From: Phoronis australis
Taxonomy: Eukaryota; Animalia; Phoronida
Assembly: GCA_002633005.1 (NCBI GenBank)
Contig: NMRA01000060.1
Location: forward strand, 462,809-526,808
Direction: 5' to 3'
DNA: 64,000 nucleotides
Positions 38,113 to 52,445 of this stretch are shown here, one piece after another (the first letter of the stretch is position 1; every line of letters begins with the position of its first letter). Below the pieces are notes generated by a model. It saw only the letters and a list, made by a program, of their open reading frames with translations, did no database searches and had not been told where the DNA came from. The translations under genes and the position numbers were made by a program.

Positions 38113-39803
38113 GCATCTTATACTTATAGTTCTTGGTAGCGCTGGAAATGGAAATCTGGTATGCGTCAACTTGAAACGTTACAGTCAGTCAAACAATCCA
38201 CATCTTAAAGCGACAGCAAACTGGGTTTTGGCCTATTAACAGATATTAAAAACGACTTTTCTATCAAATTCTCCAATACAAAATAATGCTCTGTAACCCC
38301 CGACAACCCTTAATAGTTTGGAGGAAATTTTGAAAACTCATTTTAAAAACTGCTAAACAGGCAAGCTTGACTCACAGTTTTAGTGAATTACAAGGCAACT
38401 GTGGCCAAAGACCACCCACCAAGAATCATAATATCCAATCTGTGAGGTAGGGAGCGTGAGTTTGTAGTTGATTTCTGCTTTCATCGTTCAATATTGACTA
38501 CACTTATGAATTAGCAAGTGACAGAACGAGGATGGGTTGAAGTTTTCAAAACAAGATTTAGTATCCTTTTAAGTAAGAAGAGGTTTACAAGCCTTTCAAA
38601 CTCGAACAAAGTCAGACTCACAGATTTTGCTGTAGGTTTTCGAGAATACTGAACAAATTGTATTGACAATGTCCATTTGACCAACTCGGAATTCTATGTT
38701 TATTCCTAAACTCCAAGTTCATGCACGACTAATGAAATAAGGCAAGCAAGGAACGTGTCCCATTTCGTCTAGCACAGCCTATATCAAAGTATCGTTAGTA
38801 CGTAAGACCGCTCATGATTTTGTTAGTTAATTTTGTAGTTAACACGTGCAGCCATTCAATTATTCAATGCGTTCTCGCTTTGCTGACAAGCTTGAACCTC
38901 AGGTAAACTTTATTGTGTGTCAGATCTGTGAAAGCATAACGTCGAGGAAATATTCAATCGTTCATCTAGTATTCAAGATAAGAATGACAAGATTCATGAT
39001 TGATTAAACAATGTTTTTCCTAGATCCGAGTAACATTCCAAGTTGAAGCACCAGCCAATCAAAACGTGGACCAGGGTTTTAATATGCTTAAAAAAGTCCC
39101 TGGTTGATCACTCGAATACGGCGTGAAATCAGTGGGGAATGACCACAGTGGAGGTAAGAAATTTGTCATTTGGTGCATAGTGGGCCTGCAAGGTTTTACC
39201 GGGTTAGTGAAAAAGAATGCTAAATCCTTAAAATTACGTTAGAAAAGACGAGGGTTAGCTTTGAAGGGAAATATATGCACAAGTTTAACTTGATACAAAG
39301 CATACACATTATAACTTCGTACGGAAAATGACGAGCGTTTTATCGAATGGACGTGAAGGGAAGTGCTGTTTATGCTCTGCTGCGTTGACACGTGTTTGCT
39401 TAATAGGATCTAGCACATATCTCGTTGCGTATAAACAGAATTTAGCAGATAAATATGAAACATGAGCGGACTTTTTGATGCGACATGAGTGTATATAATG
39501 CTTGCCACACATATTCGTGAGTTGATTACCGTCTCATTCGTTACGAAATTCTAACGATTCTTACGTCGACGTCGGCAAAGTTCCATTTGACAATTTTCAC
39601 TTCAGTGTGGTCAGGAACTAAATAGGTCCGTTCCAAATTACACAGCGACACTCGGATATCGGTATATTTACCCACAACGCCGAAAACATCCGTCAGGTAC
39701 ATTTGCTGCCTCGTTTTCATGCCACTGTAGTTTCAAATTTTATTTGTCGTTGTCTGATTCTTAAAAAAATTTTCTCGGTTACAGTAATCTGTCCGTCCTT
39801 CCA

Positions 39804-39940
39804 ATGCCAACGAAGTATTATTGCTGTGATGTGGGCTGCAACTCCGATGTTAGAAAGTTTGATAAACTGGACAAATACCCGTGGATGCGTTATTTGAAAT
39901 TCTTCGCCTTCCCAACAACTCCGGGACAAAGAAGAGTTCT
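39804..39940 (+). pseudogene. Possible THAP zinc-finger N-terminal relic (DNA-transposon derived)
   Basis: MPTKYYCCDVGCNSD...LKFFAFP follows the THAP start pattern MPxxCxxxGC...FFxFP. The conserved W and the C-x2-H half are missing. Confidence 0.4.
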
Positions 39941-42900
39941 GTCGCCGTGTAATGCGGGACGGCCCTATTTACACATGTTATCGTTCAACGTAGACTTTAA
40001 TCAGAATTAAAGTGCGACAATAATGAAGTGCAAAAATTAATTTAAAAGTAACAAACTTCATCGTTTTTCACATCAACGTGTTAATTTATGGTGCTCCACC
40101 AAGAAAATGGCCTCCACAGCAGAATGAAGCAGAACTTCACTTTTTATGAAACAATCAAAATGATAACCGAGGAACAAGAATACAAGCAAGGCTGTAGCGT
40201 GCGAAAATTTTCATTTTAGTACTACGAGGCCTTTGATTGATCAGTGACTCATTCCACCGGTGGAAACAAGGGAAGGAGTTTCTTTACAGAAAATGTGCAG
40301 TACTTCCTATTTAGATAAATAGCTGTGACTTTATTGAAGCCTGCTAGTCACGTGGAAACACAAGACCGATTACTTCCATCCTCATTGCAGCTGATGCAAT
40401 ATAAAAGTTAATTCTCTGATGCGAGCGAAGAGATTATCACCCCTGATATCGTTATCCCTTTATAGGACACATTTTCATTTCATTTTTTTAAAGAGTTGTC
40501 GAAGGCGTTTGAAATGCCAATTACCCCATTTAACAAACATTCGATCATTGTCTTTCTCCTGCACAAAAGACTTTTATAATTGAAGCATTACGAGAAGACA
40601 TTAAAACGTCTTCTCGTAATGCCTATCTTGCTCAATCATACACAGCTACACAGCTGGAATTATAATCTGCCTTTGGCATGTTCTCATACGCTATAATGAG
40701 ATGTCTCCATCCGTCTTCAATAATTTATTCATTCACAGCACTCAATGATTTTTGGTACAACGTAAATCGAGAGAATCAATGAAAGTGAACAAATTTAAAC
40801 TCATTTTACTGCATTGCTTGCTTTCAACGTGTCACATCGTATTGTGTTACTAATTGTATTCAACAGTGGGGGGGAGGGGGAGGGGCACTTTGCAGTGAAT
40901 ATGGGGAAACAAGCACACATTCATACGAGTTCCGAAGAGGATGGGCGCTTTTTTGCAAGGAACATGTGGTGCATTGTCCCGTTATTTCTCCCGTGGTTGC
41001 GTTTAAACTTTAGAGGTACACTGTAGCCGTACTGAAGCGCAGCGGACGGCGATGTACATTGTGCTTGCGTGTACGTGCGTGTGTACTTGGGTGCATGCGT
41101 ACGTGTATTTGTATGTATGCATTTCTTGAAGTTGGATAACTTCATCAGCACACGCATTTTCAAAGGATAAGTATTTTAATTGTCTTATTTGGGTGTTAAT
41201 GTCCTGCTAAAATGTTTGTAAGAATATATATGATGGCGGACAAGTGCATGAACAAGCTTACCAGTTTGCTGTTTTCTCTTGTTGGCATTCTCTAGTTTTG
41301 GATTCACAGTTATCTACTGTAAAAGTTGTAATGCGTTTTGGCCAACAGTTTTAATAATGAGTAAATTTTCCATTCAGCTTAAACAACTTCAAGGTTAGTA
41401 TAGAACCTTATCGACGAATCTGTGTATTTACAAAAATATATACTAAACTGTTACGTCACATTGATAAAAGTATATATTTTCTGTAAGCAAAAAGCCAGTA
41501 AAATTTATGTACCAATAAGTCGTTTGTTTGGTCAGGCAACTAAGTATTTTTAGGGAAATGTAGCAAGAAAGAAACGCACATCCACAGCAAAACAACGGCA
41601 TCAATGACATTTACAAATTCCTTTTGATAGACACGTGCAAGATGAAATCTCACTAAATCATTGTTTTAGTTTTCTAAATTATCATTTTGTTTGATGCAAC
41701 TTTTGAATCTGTTTTACAGAAGTCCTACTTTTGACAGTCCTTCATGTAAAAGCGGAAACATTTTAAAACTGCTAACAGCGTTTGGAGAACATTACATAAA
41801 ACATAGTATCAAAAAGTTTCACATTTCTGAGACATGATGTTTCGAAATTTCTCACTATAATGCTCTGACATTTTCCCATCGTGTTATTGAACACTAATGC
41901 GCCCATCGGCAGGTGTTAAGCGATCATTGTTTGTCAGTGAGAATGTTTGGGCGCCAGTGACCTTGGGCGCGTCCCTAAAATTAACAATACAAATATAGTG
42001 AGTGACATACGAATTGCGAAGAAGTCAAGATATCACCTGCAGTCACAGTGCACCCGCACAAGTAACCTATTGCGCTTGTACCAGGAATTGAAGGCTTTTC
42101 CCCAGAAAACTTGAAATGGATTGCAAATTCATGATTTAAGAGACAGTACTACACGTATTCTCATTGGATTTGATGACGATTTAAATTATGCATGTCCCTC
42201 AGACNATGAAATAAGTCCACACCCTCTCCTACAAAACCCAGGAATACTGCCAAAAGGATTATTTAGCATTGCTTGGCGTCGTCGGCCTTTTCATGTCAAA
42301 TGCCACCACTTTGAATACCTTCTTTTAAACAATAAAACGTATCACTGTCTCATGTATAATTACTGACCCAACTGGAAGCGTTCACACTCTGTTCAGTAAA
42401 CAAAAGCATGTTTCAATCTGAACCGAGTTTTTGCTTAATGCATACACGAGTGAAAACTATACACAAGACGCACAGCAATGCCTATAACTTAACGCGACGT
42501 GCTTTTCATTCATAGATGAGAAAATCACCTCATAAACCATGTACAAGTAGAAACCCTTCCCTAGCACTTTTCAGGTCTTCAAACCTAAAAAACATTACGG
42601 CGTTTTCCCGTTGCTCCAAACTTGTTCGATACTATAGCCCAACAACGAGTTGGAAAGATCACCCCTGTAGCCAATATCTTACACGACTGATTAACTCCAT
42701 TCTGGCATTTATGGTTGGAGGGCCAGCTCTCTTTTGTTCGATAATTGCTCTTATCTCCGATCAGATCGTATCTAGCCTGACTGGGCTGTGCTGCTAAAAA
42801 TGAAAGTTAAGTTATAACATATTTGAACATAAACCAATAGCATTTCTGAATTCATTGTTGAATGCTGATATGATTTAGTTTTTGAATCACAACAATCGCC

Positions 42901-43455
42901 AACTACAACAGAAGTCAAGACTATCCATTCTGCCAGGCTTCAGTAACCCTTTGAAGCCTGGGAGATAATTGGCCTGCTTGTTATCATACGGGACAAACGA
43001 TTGTGCTGGGCAGTTAACAAAAGAGCCAGATGTTATCGCACGTTCAGAACCCCTCACGTCTGGAAAAGTTGCTGAACGACAGAACGCCGTCATGTTTGCC
43101 GAGTGTATCCTCGCCTTCGCCGCCTCAATACACAACTCCACTCTTAGGCTAGAAAACTATACGTACTACAAAATTATACAGCTTAGTAGCTGTAATATAC
43201 GCAAAATTAATTTACCAACTCTTTGAATTTGACGTCGATTTGAGAGATATGACAGTTTGAATTTCCGAGCATCTAGATTTTATTTAGAAATCTGAACTTT
43301 TCTTGTTCAAAACTGATTAGAGGTAATATCACGGAATTCTTTGATTTACAAAATTATGATCAAGAACAGCACGCAACCTTTTAAACCTGTGATCGTTTTA
43401 TTTCAATTTAATATCATTTACAAATAAAACGTGTGTTCAGTAGTATATCCCTGTA

Positions 43456-44550
43456 CCGTATTACCCGGAATATAAGGACATAGTCCTGTAGTAGGATGTA
43501 TAGCCTTACATTTGAGTATAAGGCCAGGGCCTTATAGCCTGGGTCATTTGGATTCTGGCGTGATCTCTTGAGCTTCAAAGATGCATCCCTCGTAAGCACG
43601 AAGTGTACAGTGAAGTTTGGGAGAACACGATACGGACGAACAGCCAGAACACTACGGTACCGTACCTACACAGAGGGAGAGGGAAGGTACGTATGTATTG
43701 GGTGTTACGTTCGCCATTTTGGAATCTCTGCGCGTGTTGTACCGATTTTTGCTTGATTTTTGTACTTACTCAAGATTTTTATGAAATCCGTCTAGTCACG
43801 CAGCATTTTGTAATCTTTGACTTTACTTAAAGTTTCGGTCATGTCTGGCAAAACAAAACATAATAACTAGCGTAATACCCGAAATAGTGGTATGCCCTTA
43901 TACTTGAATATATTATAAATACGTGGCCTTGTTCGCTTGTTCAGTGTGTCGTCATTTTGACGTTTTGAACCCTGTCAAACGAAATTAGAATACCAAAATT
44001 GAAAACAATAATAATCACTAGACCAGATTTAAGTACCTCTGTAATTTGTTGAGCATTTTGAAAATTATTACCTGGCCACGATCTTGGTCAAGTTCAATCT
44101 TTCTTGCTTAATTCCCCGGTAGCATACAAAGGATGTATATGTAACCGGTGTCGGAACAAACCGATTAATCCAAACCCGTAATTTTGTAAAACTTTCAAAC
44201 GCTAAACTGCCCCAGTGGTTAACTAAGTCGGAAAAATCCAATACCTACATTTTTTTTGAAAATGTGATGCCAGTGGCGGATCTAGGACACGATAAAAGCG
44301 AGGCCCAACATGTAGTTTTCGAGAATTGGGTAAAGCGCGATTGCGTGTGCTCCCTGCCCCCCCTTAAATCCCCTTATGAATGTGACTGCATTTTTAACAT
44401 TATTTGTGGGTCCAAATCAACTCATACTAGTGTCAGATGAGTCTTCACTAATGTTCGAATATTCTGTGTCGTTTGCCTTTTTAAGTGATATGAAAAAATG
44501 CATTATTTGGCCTTAGACCATGGCCTTACTGTATCTTCCGGGTAATACGG
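43456..44550. mobile_element. Non-autonomous Tc1/mariner-superfamily (pogo/Tigger-like) element with TA TSD
   Basis: ta|CCGTATTACCCGGAA ... TTCCGGGTAATACGG|ta. No transposase ORF. A family B MITE-like piece is nested at ~44271-44376. Confidence 0.8.
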
Positions 44551-44835
44551 TACACAGCGCGTTTTCAAATGCGTAATCTACAGGAACACGTTGCAAGTTT
44601 TATCATCATTATGTCATTTTACGGAAAGAAAACAACGACATCTAGAGTAGTATTCAGACACTTGTTAAATCCAACATGTCCGTGTTGGTAACTGTGTAAT
44701 TCTGGACCTAAATCACAAAGAATGAGCATAAACACAAAAGTAATTGGCAAAACATAAAGTTATGAATTTTGCACAAATACATGTAGTTGAAAGAGTTCGT
44801 GTAATTCTGGCACCTTATTTTTTATTTCGCCGTGG

Positions 44836-45062
44836 TGCAACACCTCACATCCGCACTGCAACTCCTGTCTATGCAGCACCTCACGTCCGTGTTGCACTTC
44901 ACGACGGTTCAGCACTTTACGTCCGTGCAGCACCTCACAACCGTGCAGCACCACACATCCATGTAGCACCTAATGTGTGTGTTGCACTTCACGTCCGTTT
45001 AACACCTCACGTCCATGCAGCACCTTACGTCAGCGCTGCACCTCATGTCCGTGCTGCACTCC
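44836..45062 (+). repeat. 18-bp minisatellite (consensus gcagcacctcacgtccgt), about 12-13 copies
   Basis: Directly visible periodicity. It explains the AAPHVR-repeat ORF 44744-45145. Confidence 0.9.
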
Positions 45063-46844
45063 AAGTCTTTGAAAGCTCTCACGTTGGCGTTACAAGTTCT
45101 GTGGAAACAAGCCAGAGTTCACCTCCTGAATGCCAAGACAACTAGCTTTTCATTTGTAAACGATTCAAAACTGCACGTAATCTCATTTTTACTAAATTAC
45201 ACACTGTCATCTCAACATCTTTTTAATAGTTGCCCCATCATTTAGCGATAGTGTTTCTAGCGTAAACTAATGAAGATCATGTCGTAAGATTCTTTGATAT
45301 TTGACAGAAATCTCCTGAGCATCGTAATTAAATCAGACATTTAAAACGATGAATTTCGATCGACGACAAATTTGAAACAACACTATAATACTATTTGACT
45401 ACTTCACCGATTCCGCCTGACAACAAGGTTTGGTTGTAGGCAGTCCTAACAAGTATTTTCACATTTATAGATTATTAAATTTCCTACGTGACAATTTTCC
45501 ACGGAGAACGAAAACGAAAACGATCGTAAAATTTTTTACCACTAAGATAAAACAGTAAATGCCCAAAGAGACAGAAAACTGTTAAACGGGTTAGCAAATG
45601 CGTTGGACGACACAACTACATGTATTTTAAGCGTACATTGAAATAAATGTTTTCCGACTGTGTCTTTTGACACAAATTGTGATCTAATAACTTAACTGGA
45701 CGCTCGTTGTGAAATGTTCAAAACAATATGGCACGGCAATAAAGACTCCAGTGCTTGGCAGAGATTGAAAAAAATATGTGACGAAAATTAGAACAAGATT
45801 CTTTCAACATTTGGCACGGATATTATTTTAAGTTAGTTCAGTCGAAACTTAAGGCCAAATAGTGCTCATTCAACATAACTCAAACTAGCTTCAAACTTAA
45901 CTGAATTTGGTATGAATCATTTAATTTAATTTTGTTTTTGGTGGGACACCGACACCTACAAGGACCTAATTCATTACGAGTACTCACTCAACTGCCTCCG
46001 GAAACCCTGCCCACATTTTGAAAAACTTAAAACTTAATCGTAAAATAAGACAAACACAAACAAAGCGGAAAGCTACAAAATGTTGATATTTCAGTGATAT
46101 CCTTAGACTGACGAAACTCATCCTGTGGTAAATGTAACGGAAAAGAGTACCTTTAATATTTTGCACGAGACCAAGAGATACACTGTAAATGATGCACTCC
46201 TGTTGGTGAGTATAGAAACATTATTTCAACGAAGGATCCCACTACGATAAGCTGACTGTTATTTTGCAACTGATCTCATGTAAGGAAACAAATACAATTA
46301 CAGTCTATAGTTTAAGCGAGTTAGTGTCTAAACCGCCCACATTATTGTAAATCTGAACATTCATGAAAAATCACTGCACTTCTCTGGCGTCAATGATTTC
46401 TCCGTAGAAACGCAAATGTTTTGCGTGATAAATTCTTCTTGACATCTCAGCATCCTTCCTAATCATAATCGGCAATAAATCACTCTATATTCATACATAA
46501 AGAAAGTATATTAACGCTATTTAACCAAGTGGATTTCTTAATTTTCCACTTGGAGTGAAACACTCAAAACACATCACCCATTTCGACACGGTGTGTTCGT
46601 TCTATTAATTTCAATAGTTTCATCTTAATTGCCTTACACGACGGATCACAGCGATAATGGACTACCTGTTCAATTAGAGGCAGCAAACCGAACAGTTGAA
46701 TCAACCACCATCACATTGTGACGCAGAAAAATATTCACAGCCTCTTGTGAACAGTAATCCATAGTTAAAGATGTTAACATCGAAATCTCACGAGAATACG
46801 TTTAGCTACAAGGGTATTTAGTGGAACGACGCTAATTCCGCGCG

Positions 46845-47085
46845 AGTGACGTATCATCGAACGCGTAGTGAGCCCAGGTAGCAACCGAGTGGCATTGGCG
46901 AGGAGGCCGGATGTCTCTTGAGTCAGCGATCTCTTGATTAAAGTAGGAGCCCTCCTTAAATCGATTGTTATTGTGAGGTGAGAAACTGATCGCGCGTGGT
47001 CTTGTGCAAACGGACATCATATCATAGGTAGAGGTGGGTATCCAGCTTTCGAGCAGAACTGAAGCGAACTTCTGTAATGGTAAGT
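46845..47085 (+). promoter_or_regulatory. Candidate promoter and non-coding first exon of the neuropeptide gene
   Basis: A locally CpG-richer patch with a CRE-like TGACGTA (~46847), a weak TATA-like cttaaat (~46955) and a consensus donor ATG|gtaagt at 47080. The coding exon has an acceptor just before its ATG, so an upstream exon is expected. Confidence 0.25.
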
Positions 47086-49879
47086 AGGAAAACAAAACTA
47101 TGCAATTGAAAACGTTAAAAAACTAAGCGATTCCCTAAAATTTAGTGCAATGTACGAAGTCATTGAATCAATTTTGTTATTTGATAAATATTAAATCCAT
47201 AATTGAAACGTAACATACCATGCCAGAAACATACTTTTAGTTGCATTTGCACCTTTTACTGTTGATCTAACGAACTTTCGCTTTTTAAAGGTAACCTTTG
47301 CTGTCAAATAAAACCCGGCTACCTTATATGCGATTTTTTAATATTCCGTGTAAATTTACCGGTTGATTAATGGAAACGTGAAGATTCTCTTAATCATAGA
47401 CGAGTTGACCATGGTTATCAGTTATCTGTGACATTAAAGGCTCATTACGTATTCTGAATACCTGATATATTTTGTGTTGTAAACGAATTGTGTGAGCGGT
47501 TTGAATGAAAGTATTCAGCTTACTTTGGCATTAACTATACATGTACATGTACACGTGCCATTTAAACACGCTGTCTGCGTAAGGTGTAGTTGAAGTTGGC
47601 TTCCCGCGTGATAAGATGTTCTCCACCACAGTTTATCCGCAACCTCTCGGCCGCCACCCCTTCCACCCCCTCTGTTGTCATCCACCAATATTTCCCGCAT
47701 AATGTTTCTTTTTGTGTAATCAGCCTTCAATACAGAGCAAGCCCTTGGAATATTTCAAAGAATGTCTTGTTACTAATACTATTAATTCTACGCATACACA
47801 GTGTACCGCAAATCATCTCATCACCATAGAGTGCAATGTAAAAATCGACTATTTTACCCTACCTAGTTCTCCACCACGCCAGTGCGCACGCGTTGTGCAA
47901 CTCGAATTGGATTGGGGTATTTTTAAATTGCGCTGGTTTATAAAATGCGCATTTCTCTTCAAGCGAAAAGTAAATGTAAAACAGCGTTTGATGATAGATT
48001 TATGATATCATTGAATATTGCCGAGTTGTTTGAACGCAGAAACGCTTAGATCGTTTATTAAGTTATTTCGCCGTTCAGACGATGTCGGGGGTGATCGCTA
48101 CAGTGAAATTAATTTGCTATTATAGTGGTATTCTGGATTCAATTGCAGTAATTTAAAGACCTTTTCATTGTTTGTACCAAGGGCTAAGTAACAGCAATAA
48201 CCTGGGGCAAAATTCGTGCAAATGTCGCTGACCTTGGCAAATTATTGGATTATCATCGGCATAATTTGGACCACCGCAGGAGTAATCTAAATCGTACTCG
48301 AAATTATTTTTTGCTATTTTCCGTTGTGCTGTAATGTCAACTCAAGATGAATGTCTATCATTCTATGCTCGGGTATGGTTCACTGGATGATTGTCTAATC
48401 TTAGTTTTCATTAGATGAATTCGACTTTTGAGTTACTACTCGAAGTCTCGAAGTTTTTACAAGAGTTCTGTAACGTAAATTTAGGGGTCATCCAATGCTG
48501 ACTTGGACAAAAAACTTGTCTATGTAAACCATAATATACGCAAGCATAGAACAATAGAACTTCATCTTGAGTTTGCATTAAAGCAGGACGGAAAAGGTAA
48601 AAAAAATATTTCGAGTAAGAAAATTAGACCCCGGGCCCTAGACTCATGTACTGTTAACGTAACATTATTTTACTGGCAGTTAAAAGGAAGCGTACCAGCG
48701 GTCAACTTATAGCTACGCAACTTGTGTCAAAACATGCGACTGTACCTTTGCAGAAATAATGTATGAACACGTTAGAGCAAAAGATGTTCATTCTAACAGC
48801 AAAACTACCTTACGAAGAAAGAGTACCATCTACTTTTGCAACTAATTTACAAAAAAGAAAAAATGCACTAAATTCATCAATATGGACGTGTTCAATAGAA
48901 AATTTCTGACAATTCGATATATAGTATAAAGATTTTGCCACACTGTGTAAGAATACCAGTACATGAAAAAGCAAGTCAGAAAACAAAAAGTTATATAATG
49001 ACTGCAGTTTCAGAAACATTGGTTGAATTTGAAACGTTACAGGTCTGTTTGTTCAAGGCACCATTCAATGTATCTCATTGACATAACGATTAGATAACAC
49101 AAGTCTGAAATCCTTAAAAAATTCAATGCTTACGTTATCAACTGAAAATGGTCTTAAACATTCCTCTTAAAGGGGCATTGTGTTTTACTCAATACTTAGA
49201 ATGAAGTAGGTTACTCCGAAAGACACCATATCCTGACGTTTTAAATCTGTAAACTCCATAATAAAAACTAATGATTTCTAAGCATAGCATTCAAGACAAC
49301 AGCACGTAAAAGGAGCTTCAAAACAGAGTTGATAAACCTGTCCGACCAAATGTCGCGTGACATTTCAATTAGAAATCAATTGCAGATTGATGAAAGGTAA
49401 TTCGACGATTTCGTTTTTGAGGTCGTAATTACTTTTTCCTATCTAAATCAATAGCCATTTTATGAAAAAGTGAGCCACAACTGAAAGTAGTGTGAATGTT
49501 GTGAATCTCAAAATCTTGGAACTGAATGTTGCGTTTGGCGAGTAAGGACCGACAATTAAAGTCGCATTCGAACTGAAATCGGCATCCGCGCTGAAGTCCA
49601 AATGGCTTTGTGTCGTACTTGCATGTAGTTGACTGCCAACACACGAGTCCGTTATTCCAGTCAATATCCGGGAACTCCTGCAGAAAGCACAATGACTACG
49701 GAGACTTAACTCTATACTAACCAAGCTCTAAACCCAAATTGTTGGTCCGGGTGAGGAATTTGGTCCCGGTAAAGTCTAAGTTACAGTGAAATGGTGCTGC
49801 TCACATTGAGCTACCGTCTCTCTCAATTTATTATGATTCTGCACGGTATACAGAGACTTACTTGATGAGAGAACCAAGA

Positions 49880-50185
49880 GCAACGATGATGAACAAAAAC
49901 GATCGGATGGTGGCTACATTGATGGTGAAGACTTTGATGATGATGACATTGGTGAAGACTACGGCGTTGATGATGACGATTTTGATCATGTCAACTACGG
50001 TGAAGATAACATTGGTAACTGACGAACACGATAGTAGTGACGACGACAATATGGAAAGCTACAGTGATGACCACGTCGATGATGCGTTAGTGAGGACGTC
50101 AACATTGGTGAAGGACGAAACTGAGCAGGGGAAGGGGATGAAGACGACAACGACGACGTAGTTTATGTTGAAGACAACAACAATG
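49880..50185 (+). repeat. Degenerate (GAT/GAC)n low-complexity tract
   Basis: Runs of gatgat/gacgac/ggtgaagac triplets with stops and frameshifts. Confidence 0.7.
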
Positions 50186-51869
50186 AATATCACCATTAGT
50201 GCGATAATTTCGACAAACAGGAGAAACGATCATCGTCTGAACTGACACTGAGAACAAATGTCGGTCAGTGAAAACACCCTAGACCGTTAATTGACACGGT
50301 AAAAAAAAAAGAATCATACCACGTAACAAGATTTTACAAATACACGGCTTCTCAGTAATTGACGAGAGCCACCTGAACTCCATTTCGCGCTGCTCGTATC
50401 AAAAGCAGTCATCGGGACCTCCTCTATTGTCCAGGATTAGGCCTGCGTCACGCCCATTAGAAACAACATGGCTTTCCTTTACATAAGTTTGGTACTAAAT
50501 CGATACTTAACTCCTGGGCCTGAAAAACAATGACGATTTCAGATTACTACTGAATGGGCTGGCAACCCAAATCAGAGGCGATGTGTACATACACCATTTT
50601 CGAATCCGCAATGTTAGGGTGTGGTTAACCCTGCAGCATATTTTCGAGTCTCTGATGGTTTCTTTGTTCTTGTTGATAACGCATGTAGAATCCTATCGCG
50701 GTGTGGAGTATTGTACAGCTGATTTTGTGAGATGAAAGAGTCTAAGTCGACTTCGGTTTTTCAGCCAGCTAAATGCATTAATTCAAAACAGCTATGGAAT
50801 ATAATGGTTGATTTTTCTTAATTTAGCTTTATTCTCTCGGCGGTACGAAAATGCTGACCGTCTGATGATGCTGTTCTCATGTATTTTTTGCAGAATTGTG
50901 TTGGTGTGTTACGTATGTGACAAGATTACATATTCATAAATATACTTTGCTTACTCTTGTGTATAGTTAAACACAGTGCGTCCAAAACTTTGATTGCATC
51001 ATTCCAAATTAGACCAGAACAAGTTTAATAATCTATTACTCACAAGGCCGGCAAGCAATACTCAAATGCCAATTAAAAATTATAAGAATCAAAGCATTCT
51101 ATTACTCGATGATTGAGTGGTCTGCTGGGATGTTTGCAATATTTGCTCGTGTTCTAGTGCTCATTTTGCCAGTTTGCCGACACCACTTCAACTTTGTGGA
51201 TTAATTCGACACGAGTGTCTTCCAGCGCTCACTATTGCACACGATAGTTTTCAAGTTGACTTCAAATCGATGAATATATCTAATTTCACTGCTTAAACCA
51301 CTCGTAACGCGCGCAAGATCGCACGCTGGCGACTGAGCAAATATCGAGTGGTAGTATTTAAATCATTGAGTACTTGAACAATATTTTATTGCGAGCATAT
51401 TGTTTTTGTTTATATAACACTGACTTCCATATCTCGTTAAGGTATGTGAGACAAAAAGACAGAGTAGAATTTGGAATGTTGTAATTAATCATCAATTACT
51501 GAATCATTGGGCCGTTGTCTTTGAAATCAAGCTCGCCTGACGAATGAAATCCGTCATTATCGTATATAAATTTACTAAAATACTATGATCACAAATCGGT
51601 TCCTGTAGAATCATTTATTTTGTTTTAAAAAATAACGCTACATAATCCCCATTGAACATACATTCTCACTGCCTTAACTCGCAATCAATAAATACCTTTT
51701 ATAATAGCGTCGTTATTTTACACAGTAATTCTAGGAAGTAACTTCGCTCTGTTCAGACAGCTGACGGATTGAGCTCCAAGGACACAGCTGTCTGTAACAG
51801 TAAGACTCTAAGTCACTGTCCTTTCCCTTTAAGTCCCCAACTTAATGTTAACATCCAAGTCTCTTTCCG

Positions 51870-52060
51870 CACCCACTAAGTTTCAAAGTCACAGTCTACA
51901 TGTATACCCGCTAAAACTTACAAGTCACTGTACATACCCAATAAATTTTCAAGTCACTGTCCGTACACAATAAGTTTTCAAGTGACTGTGCATGCCCAAT
52001 AAATTTTTAAGTCACTGTCCATACCCAGTAAGTTTTCAAGTCACTGTCCATAGCCATTAG
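51870..52060 (+). repeat. 29-bp minisatellite (catacccaataaattttcaagtcactgtc), about 6-7 copies
   Basis: The aagtcactgt core recurs every ~29 nt, with outlying copies at ~51810 and ~52138. Confidence 0.85.
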
Positions 52061-52252
52061 ATTGTAAACTAACTGTAATACGCATTCAAACCTTTCCAAG
52101 TCTCATTTACATTATATTTACACACCGATTAAGGTTCCAAGTCACTGTCTTCACTCATTAATTTTCTTCGTCTCATTCCATCCCCGGCTGACGGTGTGTT
52201 TTAGAAGAACCACCAAAACAGTGATTCTGATAAATTTATTTTTGATCAGGAA

Positions 52253-52445
52253 GATGACGATGATGATGATGACGAATATGGTGATGATGATCGTAGAAAA
52301 GATGTTGATGATGATGGTAGAGAAGAAGAAGAAGACGATGATGATAGTGATGATGATGTTGGTGATAACGATGATGACGATGAAGGTGGTGATGATGGTG
52401 ATGATGAAGGTGGTGATGATGAGGCTAGTGCTGATAATAATAATA
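52253..52445 (+). repeat. (GAT)n-type imperfect microsatellite
   Basis: Long gatgatgat/gaagaa/ggtgat tract ending in (taa)n. Confidence 0.9.

Noticed and set aside
44744-45145. 133-aa ORF with AAPHVR repeats
   Set aside because: It is the translation of an 18-bp minisatellite, has a non-ATG start and shows no splice or domain support.
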